Counted from the first letter of the stretch, positions 34,767 to 48,800 are shown. The stretch: DNA of 64,000 bases from Macrostomum hystrix (GCA_950097015.1 CATNEN010000038.1:21514001-21578000), one strand, 5' to 3'. A program made the numbers and translations. Notes: generated by a model from the sequence alone, not told the origin.

Positions 34767-36264
34767 GTCAGTAGTGTTTCCGTTTCATTTCCGAAACTGA
34801 ATGAGTGCTCAAGGCTGCTCTGATTTCAGAAAACTAACGGTCCGAGTCCGAGTGCTGCTACTTGATTGCTAGCATACCAGCGACTGCTGCTGCTGGTGCT
34901 GCTGTGAAGGGGCAGGACACAGACAGCGACTGCTGCACTGACTACATTGAGTTGCTGTAAGCCAATTTCTTTTCGTGATCAGCCAGAGATTCATCAAACT
35001 GCTCATTTTTGAGTGATTTTAGAGCTCGAAATTCTTGCATAGCTTTGCAATTCTGATTATTAAGCTCGAGTAGATGAATTTGAATTTCAAAATCTGTGAA
35101 TTAATTTATCATAATCAATCAATAATAAAAGAAACTGTTCGTTCATTAGTTTTTGCTCTCACTAGTGGCTGATCAATTATCCATGCAGAATATGTTCAAG
35201 AATCAAATATGTCTATCTGGTTGTCACCTCAGCCAATTTATTACAGTAGCTGGGCAGACAGACCCAAAAATGTTCTTATCATATCATAGCTCGTAGAAGC
35301 CCAGTTTCCTTAGACGATTCTGTCTGAATTTTCTCTGCTTTTTGCACCCAGACTGACTGCCATTCAAGCACGCGAAGATGCGTCATAAACTGTTCTAATT
35401 ACTGTTCTCAAGTATTGCTTAATAAATATATTAAAATACACTCTAACCAGAAGCATGAGTTCAATGGGCCACTCCTCATCAAATGCAGAAATTTAAAACG
35501 GAATGGACGATGAAACCCACCTCATACAAGTCACCTCTTCCATCACCTGCTCGACAATCTACAGAACTCTACTGACTGTAGCGGAAATAAGATTTTGTGT
35601 GCAGTTTTCCCTATTCAAATTTATTCAAAGCACTCACCCTACTCAACTGTACCTAGCAAAAAATGTGAGCAAACTTACTTAGCAGCACCTGCTGATTATC
35701 AATAGCGTCCCATGTCCCATATCGCCAAATCATGTGCTAGCAATGTTGTCTTCATTGCATTTATGTTGTTTTACTAGGCTTATGTTACTACAATGTTGAC
35801 TCCATGTTGCAATTGCAATATATATTTCTTACCGCATGATGCTTATCATCCTACTGATAGTAGATCAGATGGAATTCTAAGTTTGACTATATCGATAAAA
35901 ATATTGCTGAAAGTGTGTGTGTGCTAATATAATATACGAGCATGTTATATCCATGATCTTTAGCACAGCAAGAAATGAGAAAAAAATTATCGTACTGAAG
36001 CCAAGTCCAAGTGAGAGATATGAAGATTTCATTCCATATTTTCCAGAGACAACTTTCAAATTATAACTTCATTATGATTTTTCCAAAAATATTTGAAAAA
36101 ATATTTGAATAAATATAAAGAAGATCGAGACTTGCCGCTTTAAGACTGTGTCAAATCACGGTATTTGAACCATCAGAACAAAATATATTATCAAAAGTAA
36201 CACTACTTTTGGGACAGCCCTCGTAATATTCTAAAAAGTTAAGGATGTGGTATGCTAAATTAAT

Positions 36265-37046
36265 CCTGATCAACCGCCACGCATGCCCAACCACCACGTG
36301 CTCCCGGACAGTCGCTGACTGTGCCCGGCAACTCAACGTCCTGGCCCGAAACAACACGGTCAGGCTGAGCTGGATCCCAGGGCATGCGGGCTTCCCAGGG
36401 AACGAGCTAGCGGAACCCTTGCCAAGCAAGGTGGCTCTGGCTCTCTCCTGGGCCCTGCTCCCCTGGTCCCGATCCCCATCACGGTCATCAACCGCCTCAT
36501 TGATGACTGGGCTGAGTCCCTCCACAGGGACAGATGGGCGGGCACCCAGAACTGTCGGCAATCTCGTGCCGCAGTTCCGCGACCGTCTCGCAGGCTTAGG
36601 AACATCCTTTTAAACCAAAACCGGAAGGATATCCGCGCCCTCGCCATGACCCTCACGGGCCACGGCTACCTCGCTAGGCACTGTTTCCTCCGGGGCGACC
36701 TTGAGAGTGAACTCTGCCCATTCTGTGAGTACGACAACGAAGATGCTGGGCACTTTGTGCGTCACTGCCCTTTCTTTAACAGAGACCGGCTACGCTACCT
36801 CGGGCCCAACCCGTCTATGGACGAGATCTGCCAGCCCGACAGCATTCCACGGCTCGTCCAGTTCCTCCGGGCAACAAGACGAGCCACGTTCTTCTTTACG
36901 GAAGACGACGCTGCAGGACGGACCGGCGGACCACACTGACCGGCCCCGCGCCCTTGCCTGTCTGCGGGCCTACAGGGGTTAGCGGTATGGGCGATCCTCG
37001 CCTCCCCGCTGCGTCCATGGTCCCTGCAGCTAAGTCAAGTAAGTCA
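36265..37046 (+). mobile_element. 5'-truncated non-LTR retrotransposon (RNase H plus CCHC C-terminus; Loa/I/R1-group-like)
   Basis: VRLSWIPGHAGFPGNELAE (RNase H), a frameshift near 36415, then LTGHGYL..H....CPFC...EDAGHFVRHCP with stop at 36939. GC-rich 3' UTR with a TAAGTCAAG-like tail. The 13-bp TSD ATGCTAAATTAAT lies at 36252-36264 and 37047-37059. Confidence 0.92.
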
Positions 37047-38671
37047 ATGCTAAATTAATAATTTTGCCAACGTAAAATATACAAATGAAGGAATGAACGT
37101 AATCATTATAATCATTCGACTTTGCCTAGGTCCGTTTGCAGCCTATCGTAATCTCGGTAAGATCATTCACCTATTCCGATTTATTTCGAAATACATCGGA
37201 ATAGGTGTACTTGAATTATTTTTAAGTCCGGCCAAATTCGGTTGTTGGGGGTCTATGAGCTTGACTAGCCACTTTCGCAAAGTCACTAGGAACCAATGAA
37301 AAATGCCAACCACATGTGACAAACGCACGTCGATAGAGCATGTCTAGTAGAGCTTTCTAACGACACCAAGATCGTCGAGAAATACCCACCAGAAGGCTGT
37401 CAAATGATGTCTAGAGTGTCAGAGGTACCTCCTAATGGATGGCGCTATGAGTAGATTATGACGCTTTACTAGACCGCGGCTGCCAGCAGACAACGACTGC
37501 AGATCTATCGACGGAATCAACGACATCCGACGCGCCATTTATTGGCCTACCAGACGACATCAGTCTCATCTCTCTAGATAAAGCGGTTCTCAAATGGGGT
37601 CCACTCAAAGTCGGTCCCTGGCATGACTAGTCTTTTTGATGGGGGTACCACTGACAAAAGTGATTTCGGGATGCCCCTTAATTTTGATGGATCTCGATTT
37701 TATTTTATGTCCGGGTACTCTGGGATAGACGTAGAAGAGATCCCCATCGAAAACCGGAGTCTAAAAGACAGCCTGTGGCGTCAGAATGTCACCCAGTGTA
37801 CAGTGCATCTGCCCTGTGTATTTCATAAAATTTTTCTAGGTGACTTGCAAGGTTAATAAGCTCGAGTTGAAATCATTTGTAATCATGAAACCAACTCAGT
37901 GGTGTAGGAAATCGTTTCTAGATTGATTTCCAATCGAATCCGACCCGATAAACTGTGCTCAAATCTATTGGGACACCGACGGCAGCCAAATACATGTACT
38001 ACTGACTGTAGTCAGTCGATAAAATTACTAAAAAGTAAGAAAATTGTGATAACATTTTTTTCTTCAAAAGATATTGAGCTCGGACCGCCTAGAATGAATT
38101 TCCCGTCCGAAAATAGTCTAGTAAACACAGTTACCTAATAGTATGGAAGCAGTAGCTTGCAATCGGCTAGGTACTTGAAATGTTTTCGCATGTAGTGCGC
38201 CGCGTATATGCCGTTGTTTACTATTATCTCGTATCACTGAATGTACACCTGGCTATGTACACCTGGCTATGTACACCTTGCTATGTACACCTTGCTGCCA
38301 GGTCCAAATGAGCGGGCTGAGGTGGGTGTCAGAATAGATTTACGCCTAATCAGGGCCAAGTCGGAACGTCGTTTTCAGTGCCAAATTTCGGCCTTTGTCT
38401 GCGTCAAACCTTTCAATACTGCACCCAGCCCTTCAATACAGTGGATCGAGAATCGAGAATACGGACGAAACAATGCTTGATAGTACAATTCTTGGCAGAA
38501 ATATTGATACCATTACGAGCGTTTGATTTATAGGTGCATTAGTGCTTATTAAAGTATGTCATGCATGTAAAATAGTTCATACACACATCAGCAGTTTTGG
38601 CCTTTACAAATGGCAGCTATTGATATTTTTTTGCCCTTTTGGGAAAAAATGGTTGTGTGGTTTGGTGTGGT

Positions 38672-38845
38672 GTGGCAACCCTGCATGATGGGGATCAGGA
38701 ACCGGTAGCTGATGGATGTGTGGCAACCCTGCATGATGGGGATCAGGACCCGGTAGCTGATGGATGTGTAGCAACCATGCATGATGGGGATCAGGACTCG
38801 GTAGCTCATGGATGTATGGCAATCCATCTCGATGGGGATCAGTTG
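38672..38845. repeat. 48-bp tandem repeat, ~3.5 copies
   Basis: GTGGCAACCCTGCATGATGGGGATCAGGA.CCGGTAGCTGATGGATGT unit. Confidence 0.85.
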
Positions 38846-39724
38846 CGAGGATTCTGTTTGGGATCTTGCCATGGGATTTAGTTCAATAAGCCATAAAAGA
38901 ACCAAGCAATTTGACATAGGCAACTGAACCGCAGAAGAGTACAGCTAACACTGAAAGATGAGAAGTTGTAGAATTAGGTTGAAACGTTCGCCTTACAGGA
39001 CAATAATATAAGTATGCGCATCGTCAAGTCTGTCAAGTTTCGGAACCAACCATTTTCTCACGGAACACAAACAAAGCCTTTCGCCTGTCCTTTGTGGAGA
39101 CACAGTCCTTGTGATGACTGGTCAAAGACTAGCATTCGAACAAAGAGGCATACAAAGACGCCACAGCTGTAGCCGCCCTTCTGTCGAGTATGCACAATTG
39201 AATCTATAACTCAATGTCTCGCCGTTGCAAAATGTTCGACCTTTCTCATCTGTAATCGGCACCTGTGCTTGTAAAAACTTGTAAAAAGCCTGTAACATTA
39301 GGAAATTTGAGAATCGGTCAAAATGCACAGTCGGCAGGTGCATGCAGGTACGACGAATCGATTCCAAATTTGATGCTCACTGATCACTCTTCGAAGGCTG
39401 TAAATTTTCATGTGATTTGGTGGTCAGGGCCACAGTATGCCATATTTCGAAAGTAAACCTGAAAATGAAACGGGGAACCGTTACATTTAACTCACTTGCA
39501 TCTGCCTGTAACCGTAGCATTCGATTCAAATTGCAAGCATCTTTGTTAATATAAAGGGATCTTTTTTCTTTCTCTCTTTAGGTTTTTGTACTTAAGGGGA
39601 CCCACGTTGCATGCGATTACGCAATAAGAATTGCTGCAATCGGTGGCACATTGGTGATGGTGAAATATTAAGTGAACTGCCATTACTAACGAAGCTGAAA
39701 ACATACAATGATTGGAATACACAC

Positions 39725-40095
39725 GATAATAATAATAATAATTGCAGGAGAGCTGCGGCCAATGCACATCATTTGGTGACACTAGACCTGCAGCCAGCGA
39801 GGAGGCAATTCTGCCCATTTCGCTGACTCCTGAGCACACACGCACACAGATACTGTACGCAGGCACACACTCACACTGGTGTGTACATCTGCCCTGACTT
39901 TCTCATCGTTCTCATCGCAGTGTACACTCTCACTGTGCCTTGGAGGTTGGCCCTCAAGGGCGTAAATTGCACGACAAGCCCCCAAGCCTTCTCTCCGCGG
40001 CTGCGCCCCAAATGAATGTGGCCTCGCTGAGGAATCGAACTAAGGGACCTTGCTGCGAGAGGCAAACGCGATAACCGCGCTCTGCCACCAACCCC
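39725..40095 (-). mobile_element. Full-length tRNA-derived SINE with (ATT)n tail
   Basis: Minus-strand head GGGGTTGG-TGGCAGAGCGCGG (A box, 40087-40075) and AGTTCGATTCC (B box, 40041-40031); body shared with 22444-22633 and 48980-49028; (ATT)n tail at 39742-39726. Confidence 0.85.
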
Positions 40096-40232
40096 CAAAA
40101 ATAATACGCACGATCCAAAAATTATGATCCACAAGTTATGACAATTTAAAAAGTGTCTGGTATGTATTATGCAGTTCCTATTTTATTAGTTTTAGGACGG
40201 GAACTTCTAAGAAATCTATGGAAAGTCTAATA

Positions 40233-41167
40233 CGAGGGGCGATCCAAAAGTTCTGCAACCAACTGTCCTGTAGCCACTTCTGCTGCACCAAATAAAGTGA
40301 AATTTGCTGGAGTTGTTCAAAATTTTGTTTTCTCTTTCCTTGTAGAGTTTAAGTTGATTTCGAGAATCAGTTTCAGTTTTACTGGACACCAACCAACTCC
40401 AGTTTTCAGCCTGTACATGGAATCGTCAAAAGACAACATTCGCTTCTACATCTATATGCGCATGCATCTGGGGAAAAAAGCTGTGGAAATTCACAGCGAC
40501 TTAGTTTCAGTGTTGGCTGAAGCTGCGCCGTCATTTGACACTGTCGCACGCTGGATGTGCCACTTTACCGATGGACGAACGAGCTCCAAAGACGAGAGTC
40601 AGTCTGGACGACCCCGGACATCCGTGACCGAGGCATCAGTGGCCCGCGCGGACACAATTGTGCGCGAGGATTGCGGTGTGACACTGAGATTCCTTGCCTA
40701 CGAGTTCGGTGTCAACTATGGAAGCGCCCACACCATCATGCATGAGCAGCTGGGCCGCTCCAAGACCTGCGCCCGCTGGGTGCCGCACCTGCTCACAATG
40801 GAACAGTGCGCTGAGCGCGTGCGAATCTGCCGCCTGTGGCTGGAGCTGTTCGAACCAAATGGTTCAAGAAGGCTGTCTGACGTCGTGACAGGAGACGAAT
40901 GTTGGATTTCCTTCTTCACGATGAGGGACAAGCAGTCCAACATGGTATTTTCTCGCATTCAGGACCTGGCACGAGCAGTCAAATCAGAACTCGAGAGACT
41001 ACCAACATCAGAGTACCTCAGCTGCTTCCAGGCCTGGCGGATGCGAATGCAACGGTGCATTGAAGCTGAGGGGAAGTACTTTGAGGGAATGCGACACTGA
41101 ATGTGTGCTCCAGTTTTCTCTGGACTTTGTAATAACGCAGCTTGCAGAACTTTTTGATCGCCCCTCG
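40233..41167 (+). mobile_element. Mariner DNA transposon, internally deleted (non-autonomous)
   Basis: 26-bp TIRs CGAGGGGCGATCCAAAAGTTCTGCAA / TTGCAGAACTTTTTGATCGCCCCTCG (1 mismatch). TA precedes the element; CA follows it (probably a mutated TA). Confidence 0.95.
40417..41100 (+). pseudogene. Mariner transposase with in-frame deletion of most of the catalytic domain
   Basis: HTH region, SGRP, WVPHLL and VVTGDECW are present, fused directly to the C-terminal FSRIQDL...RCIEAEGKYFE. The HDNA and YSPDL motifs are missing. Confidence 0.9.
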
Positions 41168-41833
41168 CAAACAGTTAAATTGAGAAACAAAGACTATAAA
41201 AACGAATCTGAAACACATTTTGTGTGCTTTCTTGTCTTAAATTGTCAAAGTCGCTTGTTTATTTGAAGCACAATACTGCAAAAACAAACGTGAATGGCTG
41301 TAAGCGCGGCCCTTGCACAAAAAGATCTATTTGAAAGAAGTGCAAGTAAATAAAATGCTATTTTAAAGCTGACAATAAATATAAAAATAAATAATAGTTG
41401 ACTGACTTGCAAATCAGAACATTTTTACTGTAGTTAATAATTTTGCTGGATTAGCAAAAATAAGAATTTCAACAACAACAGGTGTTAATTATAATGTCTG
41501 CAAAAATATGTTGCTGTTTTTGTTTCTCATTCGATAAAATTCTATCGGCATAACGCAAACGGTCTGGCGATCGTTTTGTTTGAATATTTCAATTTGTTTA
41601 AATCACGTAAATATACTGAGTATACACCCAGCATAGTAGGAAACGTTACTATAAATATAGACCAATTCACTTGGGAAAATTAACCGTTTCGAAGCTTATG
41701 ATCCAACTAATGAAAGCTTATGAAACAGATTAAATCTCTTGAGCAATCTCAAAAAGCCTTACTTATTTCTAGAGTAAGTGGAAACCCCGAACAGTCCGAT
41801 CCGTGGAAAGCCCGAGTACAGACTGGCCAAAGA

Positions 41834-43710
41834 GCCTGAACCATCTGACTTAGTGCCTGAATCACCTGAGAGCAGTGTCTCCAGAACTGCCTAGTTCTAA
41901 CATCTAGAATGCTACTGGCAGAATGCCTGAACCATCTGACTTAGTGTCTGAATCACCTGAGAGCAGTGTCTCCAGAACTACCTAGATCTAACATCTAGAA
42001 TGCTACTGGCAGAAGGCCTGAACCATCTGACTTAGTGCCTGAATCACCTGAGAGCAGTGTCTCCAGAACTGCCTAGATCTAACATCTAGAATGCTACTGG
42101 CAGAAGGCCTGAACCATCTGACTTAGTGCCTGAATCACCTGAGAGCAGTGTCTCCAGAACTGCCTAGATCTAACATCCAGAATGCTACTGGCAGAATGCC
42201 TGTAGCATCTGACTTAGTGCCTGAATCACCTGAGAGCAGTGTCTCCAGAACTGCCTAGATCTAACAACTAGAATGCTACTGGCAGAAGGCCTGAACCATC
42301 TGACTTAGTGTCTGAATCACCTGAGAGCAGTGTCTCCAGAACTGCCTAGATCTAACATCTAGAATGCTACTGGCAGAAGGCCTGAACCATCTGACTTAGT
42401 GCCTGAATCACCTGAGAGCAGTGTCTCCAGAACTGCCTAGATCTAACATCTAGAATGCTACTGGCAGAAGGCCTGAACCATCTGACTTAGTGCCTGAATC
42501 ACCTGAGAGCAGTGTCTCCAGAACTGCCTAGATCTAACATCTAGAATGCTACTGGCAGAAGGCCTGAACCATCTGACTTAGTGCCTGAATCACCTGAGAG
42601 CAGTGTCTACAGAACTGCCTAGATCTAACATCTAGAATGCTACTGGCAGAAGGCCTGAACCATCTGACTTAGTGCCTGAATCACCTGAGAGCAGTGTCTC
42701 CAGAACTGCCTAGATCTAACATCTAGAATGCTACTGGCAGAATGCCTGAACCATCTGACTTAGTGCCTGAATCACCTGAGAGCAGTGTCTCCAGAACTGC
42801 CTAGATCTAACATCTAGAATGCTACTGGCAGAAGGCCTGAACCATCTGACTTAGTGCCTGAATCACCTGAGAGCAGTGTCTCCAGAACTGCCTAGATCTA
42901 ACATCTAGAATGCTACTGGCAGAAGGCCTGAACCATCTGACTTAGTGCCTGAATCACCTGAGAGCAGTGTCTCCAGAACTGCCTAGATCTAACATCTAGA
43001 ATGCTACTGGCAGAAGGCCTGAACCATCTGACTTAGTGCCTGAATCACCTGAGAGCAGTGTCTCCAGAACTGCCTAGATCTAACATCTAGAATGCTACTG
43101 GCAGAAGGCCTGAACCATCTGACTTAGTGCCTGAATCACCTGAGAGCAGTGTCTCCAGAACTGCCTAGATCTAACATCTAGAATGCTACTGGCAGAATGC
43201 CTGAACCATCTGACTTAGTGCCTGAATCACCTGAGAGCAGTGTCTCCAGAACTGCCTAGATCTAACATCTAGAATGCTACTGGCAGAAGGCCTGAACCAT
43301 CTGACTTAGTGCCTGAATCACCTGAGAGCAGTGTCTCCAGAACTGCCTAGATCTAACATCTAGAATGCTACTGGCAGAAGGCCTGAACCATCTGACTTAG
43401 TGCCTGAATCACCTGAGAGCAGTGTCTCCAGAACTGCCTAGATCTAACATCTAGAATGCTACTGGCAGAAGGCCTGAACCATCTGACTTAGTGCCTGAAT
43501 CACCTGAGAGCAGTGTCTCCAGAACTGCCTAGATCTAACATCTAGAATGCTACTGGCAGAAGGCCTGAACCATCTGACTTAGTGCCTGAATCACCTGAGA
43601 GCAGTGTCTCCAGAACTGCCTAGATCTAACATCTAGAATGCTACTGGCAGAAGGCCTGAACCATCTGACTTAGTGCCTGAATCACCTGAGAGCAGTGTAT
43701 CCTGAGAGCA
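41834..43710. repeat. 91-bp satellite, ~20 copies
   Basis: GCCTGAACCATCTGACTTAGT... recurs at 41834, 41925, 42016 and onward. Confidence 0.96.
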
Positions 43711-44254
43711 AAATGGGGTGGGGAATAATGATTGTATAAGTCACTGTGGGTGACTGGAAGTAATAAGTAAGAAAGTTAGTTTAGACATCTACACTATGTA
43801 TTATTAATGAAATAGATCAATATTATAGCAATAAATTAACACAAAACTACACACTTACTTATTAAATTTTATTTTGTGGGCAATAGAAGGCCTGAAAAAA
43901 ACAAATACAGTTGCGAGTTTGGATTTGCTATTAGTGCATGGATAATACTTGCAAGGCAAAAAATAAGTAAGAAAGATTATTGTAACAAATATAATCACAG
44001 TTAATGTGCTAAAAACGGTTAGTAAATTTTTTCTAAGGGAACTAAAAATCAAAACACCAAAAGCCGCTTATTAAGCTTTTAACGCCGTAAAAAGTAAAAA
44101 CCTGCTGCTTTAAGCGCCTCATTGAATTTAAGTCACGAAACTTACTCGGCGAAATGCGAGAATCAAAAACCCAGAAGAATTTACATGCACTTTGTACCTT
44201 CAACTGCATAAAATGCATTCCCGACATCTAGCACCTTGCCTCCCACTTATCTGC

Positions 44255-44612
44255 ACTTGTCTACCTACCCTCCTCTATCAACTTACGCTCCCCTGTCTAC
44301 CTACGCTCCCTTGTCTACCTACGCTTCCCTGTCTACCTACGCTCCCCTGTCTACCTACCATCCCCTGTCTACCTACCATCCCATTTACCTACTATCCCAT
44401 CTACCTATCATCCCATCTACCTATCATTCCTGTCTACCTATCATCCCATCTACCTATCATTCCTGTCTACCTATCATCCCCTGTCTACCCACCATCCCAT
44501 CTACCTATCATCCCTGTCTACCCACCATCCCATCTACCTATCATCCCTGTCTACCCACCATCCCATCTACCTATCATCCCATCTACCTATCATCCCTGTC
44601 TACCCACCATCC
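44255..44612. repeat. Pyrimidine-rich degenerate repeat (CTGTCTACCTACGCTCC grading to CTACCTATCATCC)
   Basis: Short tandem units. Confidence 0.85.
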
Positions 44613-45803
44613 CCCCTTTCCACCCTGCATTTGCTGTAAAGTTTCACTGAATTAGGGTGTGACAAAACTGACGTTTTGTTATACAGCGCTAAAAATGGTA
44701 GACACTAAATAAATAGTGAGCAAAAGACTAGGTGACCTAGAGGAACACGTTAAAGCAAATACAAGATGACGCACGAAATCTGACATGTATTCAGCTTTTT
44801 CAACAAAAAATTCGATATAAGTATGAAATTAAAAAGTAAAAAAAATAAATCGTGGAATTAAAAAAGTTGATTATAATTGCACAATAATTTTAGGCCTCCT
44901 CTTTAAAAGTTCTCGACAAATAGAACAATGAAAACACAAATCTACATTTTTATTATGGAAGATTATTAACTATGACAAGAACAATTGTAACGCTGAAAAT
45001 CCTGCTAATTTGGGGAATGACAACCAGGAAACTAAAGACCCGAGCAAAACATTCTATTTACGAAGACAAGACAATCTAACAAAAATAAATAATGTGCAGC
45101 TCTATCTATGTCACAGTGTATGACAAAGACTACAATGCTTTACTCACAAGAAAATGATTGCCACTAAAAAAGCTGTCTTAAACTCAAAAGTAAATCAAAG
45201 GATTCAAAGATAAAACAAAAAATGTCAACAAAGAATACACAGCATGACATGGCGTCGAATTTGATATAACAATCGTTACTGCCAGTTTTATATTAAGAGA
45301 TCAAACCAACGTTGGTGCACAAACATATAGTAGAGAGTCAACTGCTCAGCAACGCGGCTAAAGTTTAAACCGAATTGCAGCTGTACGAGTCGACAACAAT
45401 AGGCATTACTTAAAAACAGTCATTCTAATTCGTAAATACGGCCTCTTTTTATTATTGCTTAATCTACAAAAATTACTACAAAAATGCATTACTTCTTACT
45501 GTTAGTAGACAATCCGTTACATTTTTGTTTTTTTCCCCTAAAAGCTACAATAACTAACTCCCAGAATAACTAGATTAAAAGTAAAAATAAAGAAGGCCGT
45601 TTTTGAAAATTCGGAAAAGAAAAACCATAATTGTAAAAATAATTGTAAAAGTATTTTCATTCAATTCGTTTGTCAATCGCCGGCTATTTCTAATCGAATG
45701 TTATAATTCAAACAAAAGCTCTAAACACAAATCGTTGCATTTTCCGACTTCTTTTTTATTATCAATTATTATAAATTAGAAAATACGAAACATAATAAGA
45801 AAC

Positions 45804-48800
45804 TCAAACAGACGGCTGTGTCAATGGCGAGTCAACTTTTAATGGCGAGGCTAACTCGCCATCGCCCTCGCCATCGTCGTTGGCCGATTGGCAACATTTG
45901 CGAGCCCATCGATACAATGTCCGATACATTGGCAGAATAATCAGATTAGACGCTAGGACAAATATGCCGGAGAATATGAAGGCTCGATCGTAATTTGAAT
46001 CCGAGTCCCGCATGTGGCCTGACATTGGGAGGCAAAGGTGAAAAGTGCTCTGAAATACTTCTGAGTTCTAAATTTGGATCTGGTAGGCAAATAAGGGATC
46101 TGTCCAATCTATATGGGATCTGGTAGGCAAATAAGGGATCTGTCCAATCTATATGGTATCTGGTAGGCAAATAAGGGATCTGTCCAATCTATATGGGATC
46201 TGGTAGGCAAATAACGGATCTGTCCAATCTATATGGGATCTGGTAGGCAAATAAGGGATCTGTCCAATCTATATGGGATCTGGTAGGCAAATAAGGGATC
46301 TGTCCAATCTATATGGTATCTGGTAGGCAAATAAGGGATCTGTCCAATCTATATGGGATCTGGTAGGCAAATATGGGATCTGTCCAATCTATATGGGATC
46401 TGGTAGGCAAATAAGGGATCTGTCCAATCTATATGGGATCTGGTAGGCAAATAAGGGATCTGTCCAATCTATATGGGATCTGGTAGGCAAATAAGGGATC
46501 TGTCCAATCTATATGGGATCTGGTAGGCAAATAAGGGATCTGTCCAATCTATATGGGATCTGGTAGGCAAATAAGGGATCTGTCCAATCTATATGGGATC
46601 TGGTAGGCAAATAAGGGATCTGTCCAATCTATATGGGATCTGGTAGGCAAATAAGGGATCTGTCCAATCTATATGGGATCTGGTAGGCAAATAAGGGATC
46701 TGTCCAATCTATATGGGATCTGGTAGGCAAATAAGGGATCTGTCCAATCTATATGGGATCTGGTAGGCAAATAAGGGATCTGTCCAATCTATATGGTATC
46801 TGGTAGGCAAATAAGGGATCTGTCCAATCTATATGGTATCTGGTAGGCAAATAAGGGATCTGTCCAATCTATATGGGATCTGGTAGGCAAATAAGGGATC
46901 TGTCCAATCTATATGGGATCTGGTAGGCAAATAAGGGATCTGTCCAATCTATATGGTATCTGGTAGGCAAATAAGGGATCTGTCCAATCTATATGGGATC
47001 TGGTAGGCAAATAAGGGATCTGTCCAATCTATATGGGATCTGGTAGGCAAATAAGGGATCTGTCCAATCTATATGGGATCTGGTAGGCAAATAAGGGATC
47101 TGTCCAATCTATATGGTATCTGGTAGGCAAATAAGGGATCTGTCCAATCTATATGGTATCTGGTAGGCAAATAAGGGATCTGTCCAATCTATATGGGATC
47201 TGGTAGGCAAATAAGGGATCTGTCCAATCTATATGGGATCTGGTAGGCAAATAAGGGATCTGTCCAATCTATATGGTATCTGGTAGGCAAATAAGGGATC
47301 TGTCCAATCTATATGGGATCTGGTAGGCAAATATGGGATCTGTCCAATCTATATGGGATCTGGTAGGCAAATAAGGGATCTGTCCAATCTATATGGGATC
47401 TGGTAGGCAAATAACGGATCTGTCCAATCTATATGGGATCTGGTAGGCAAATAAGGGATCTGTCCAATCTATATGGGATCTGGTAGGCAAATAAGGGATC
47501 TGTCCAATCTATATGGGATCTGGTAGGCAAATAAGGGATCTGTCCAATCTATATGGGATCTGGTAGGCAAATATGGGATCTGTCCAATCTATATGGGATC
47601 TGGTAGGCAAATAAGGGATCTGTCCAATCTATATGGGATCTGGTAGGCAAATAAGGGATCTGTCCAATCTATATGGGATCTGGTAGGCAAATAAGGGATC
47701 TGTCCAATCTATATGGTATCTGGTAGGCAAATAAGGGATCTGTCCAATCTATATGGTATCTGGTAGGCAAATAAGGGATCTGTCCAATCTATATGGGATC
47801 TGGTAGGCAAATAAGGGATCTGTCCAATCTATATGGGATCTGGTAGGCAAATAAGGGATCTGTCCAATCTATATGGTATCTGGTAGGCAAATAAGGGATC
47901 TGTCCAATCTATATGGGATCTGGTAGGCAAATAAGGGATCTGTCCAATCTATATGGGATCTGGTAGGCAAATAAGGGATCTGTCCAATCTATATGGGATC
48001 TGGTAGGCAAATAAGGGATCTGTCCAATCTATATGGGATCTGGTAGGCAAATAAGGGATCTGTCCAATCTATATGGGATCTGGTAGGCAAATAAGGGATC
48101 TGTCCAATCTATATGGGATCTGGTAGGCAAATAAGGGATCTGTCCAATCTATATGGGATCTGGTAGGCAAATAAGGGATCTGTCCAATCTATATGGGATC
48201 TGGTAGGCAAATAAGGGATCTGTCCAATCTATATGGGATCTGGTAGGCAAATAACGGATCTGTCCAGTCTATATGGGATCTGGTAGGCAAATATGGGATC
48301 TGTCCAATCTATATGGGATCTGGTAGGCAAATAAGGGATCTGTCCAATCTATATGGGATCTGGTAGGCAAATAAGGGATCTGTCCAATCTATATGGGATC
48401 TGGTAGGCAAATAAGGGATCTGTCCAATCTATATGGGATCTGGTAGGCAAATAAGGGATCTGTCCAATCTATATGGTATCTGGTAGGCAAATAAGGGATC
48501 TGTCCAATCTATATGGGATCTGGTAGGCAAATATGGGATCTGTCCAATCTATATGGGATCTGGTAGGCAAATAAGGGATCTGTCCAATCTATATGGGATC
48601 TGGTAGGCAAATAAGGGATCTGTCCAATCTATATGGGATCTGGTAGGCAAATAAGGGATCTGTCCAATCTATATGGGATCTGGTAGGCAAATAAGGGATC
48701 TGTCCAATCTATATGGGATCTGGTAGGCAAATAAGGGATCTGTCCAATCTATATGGGATCTGGTAGGCAAATAAGGGATCTGTCCAATCTATATGGGATC

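Noticed and set aside
37180-38180. Possible non-autonomous DNA transposon
   Set aside because: The sequence looks element-like, but I could not find terminal inverted repeats, a TSD or a second copy.
38900-39470. Possible small minus-strand exons
   Set aside because: Splice-like sites exist, but no consistent reading frame or recognisable protein.
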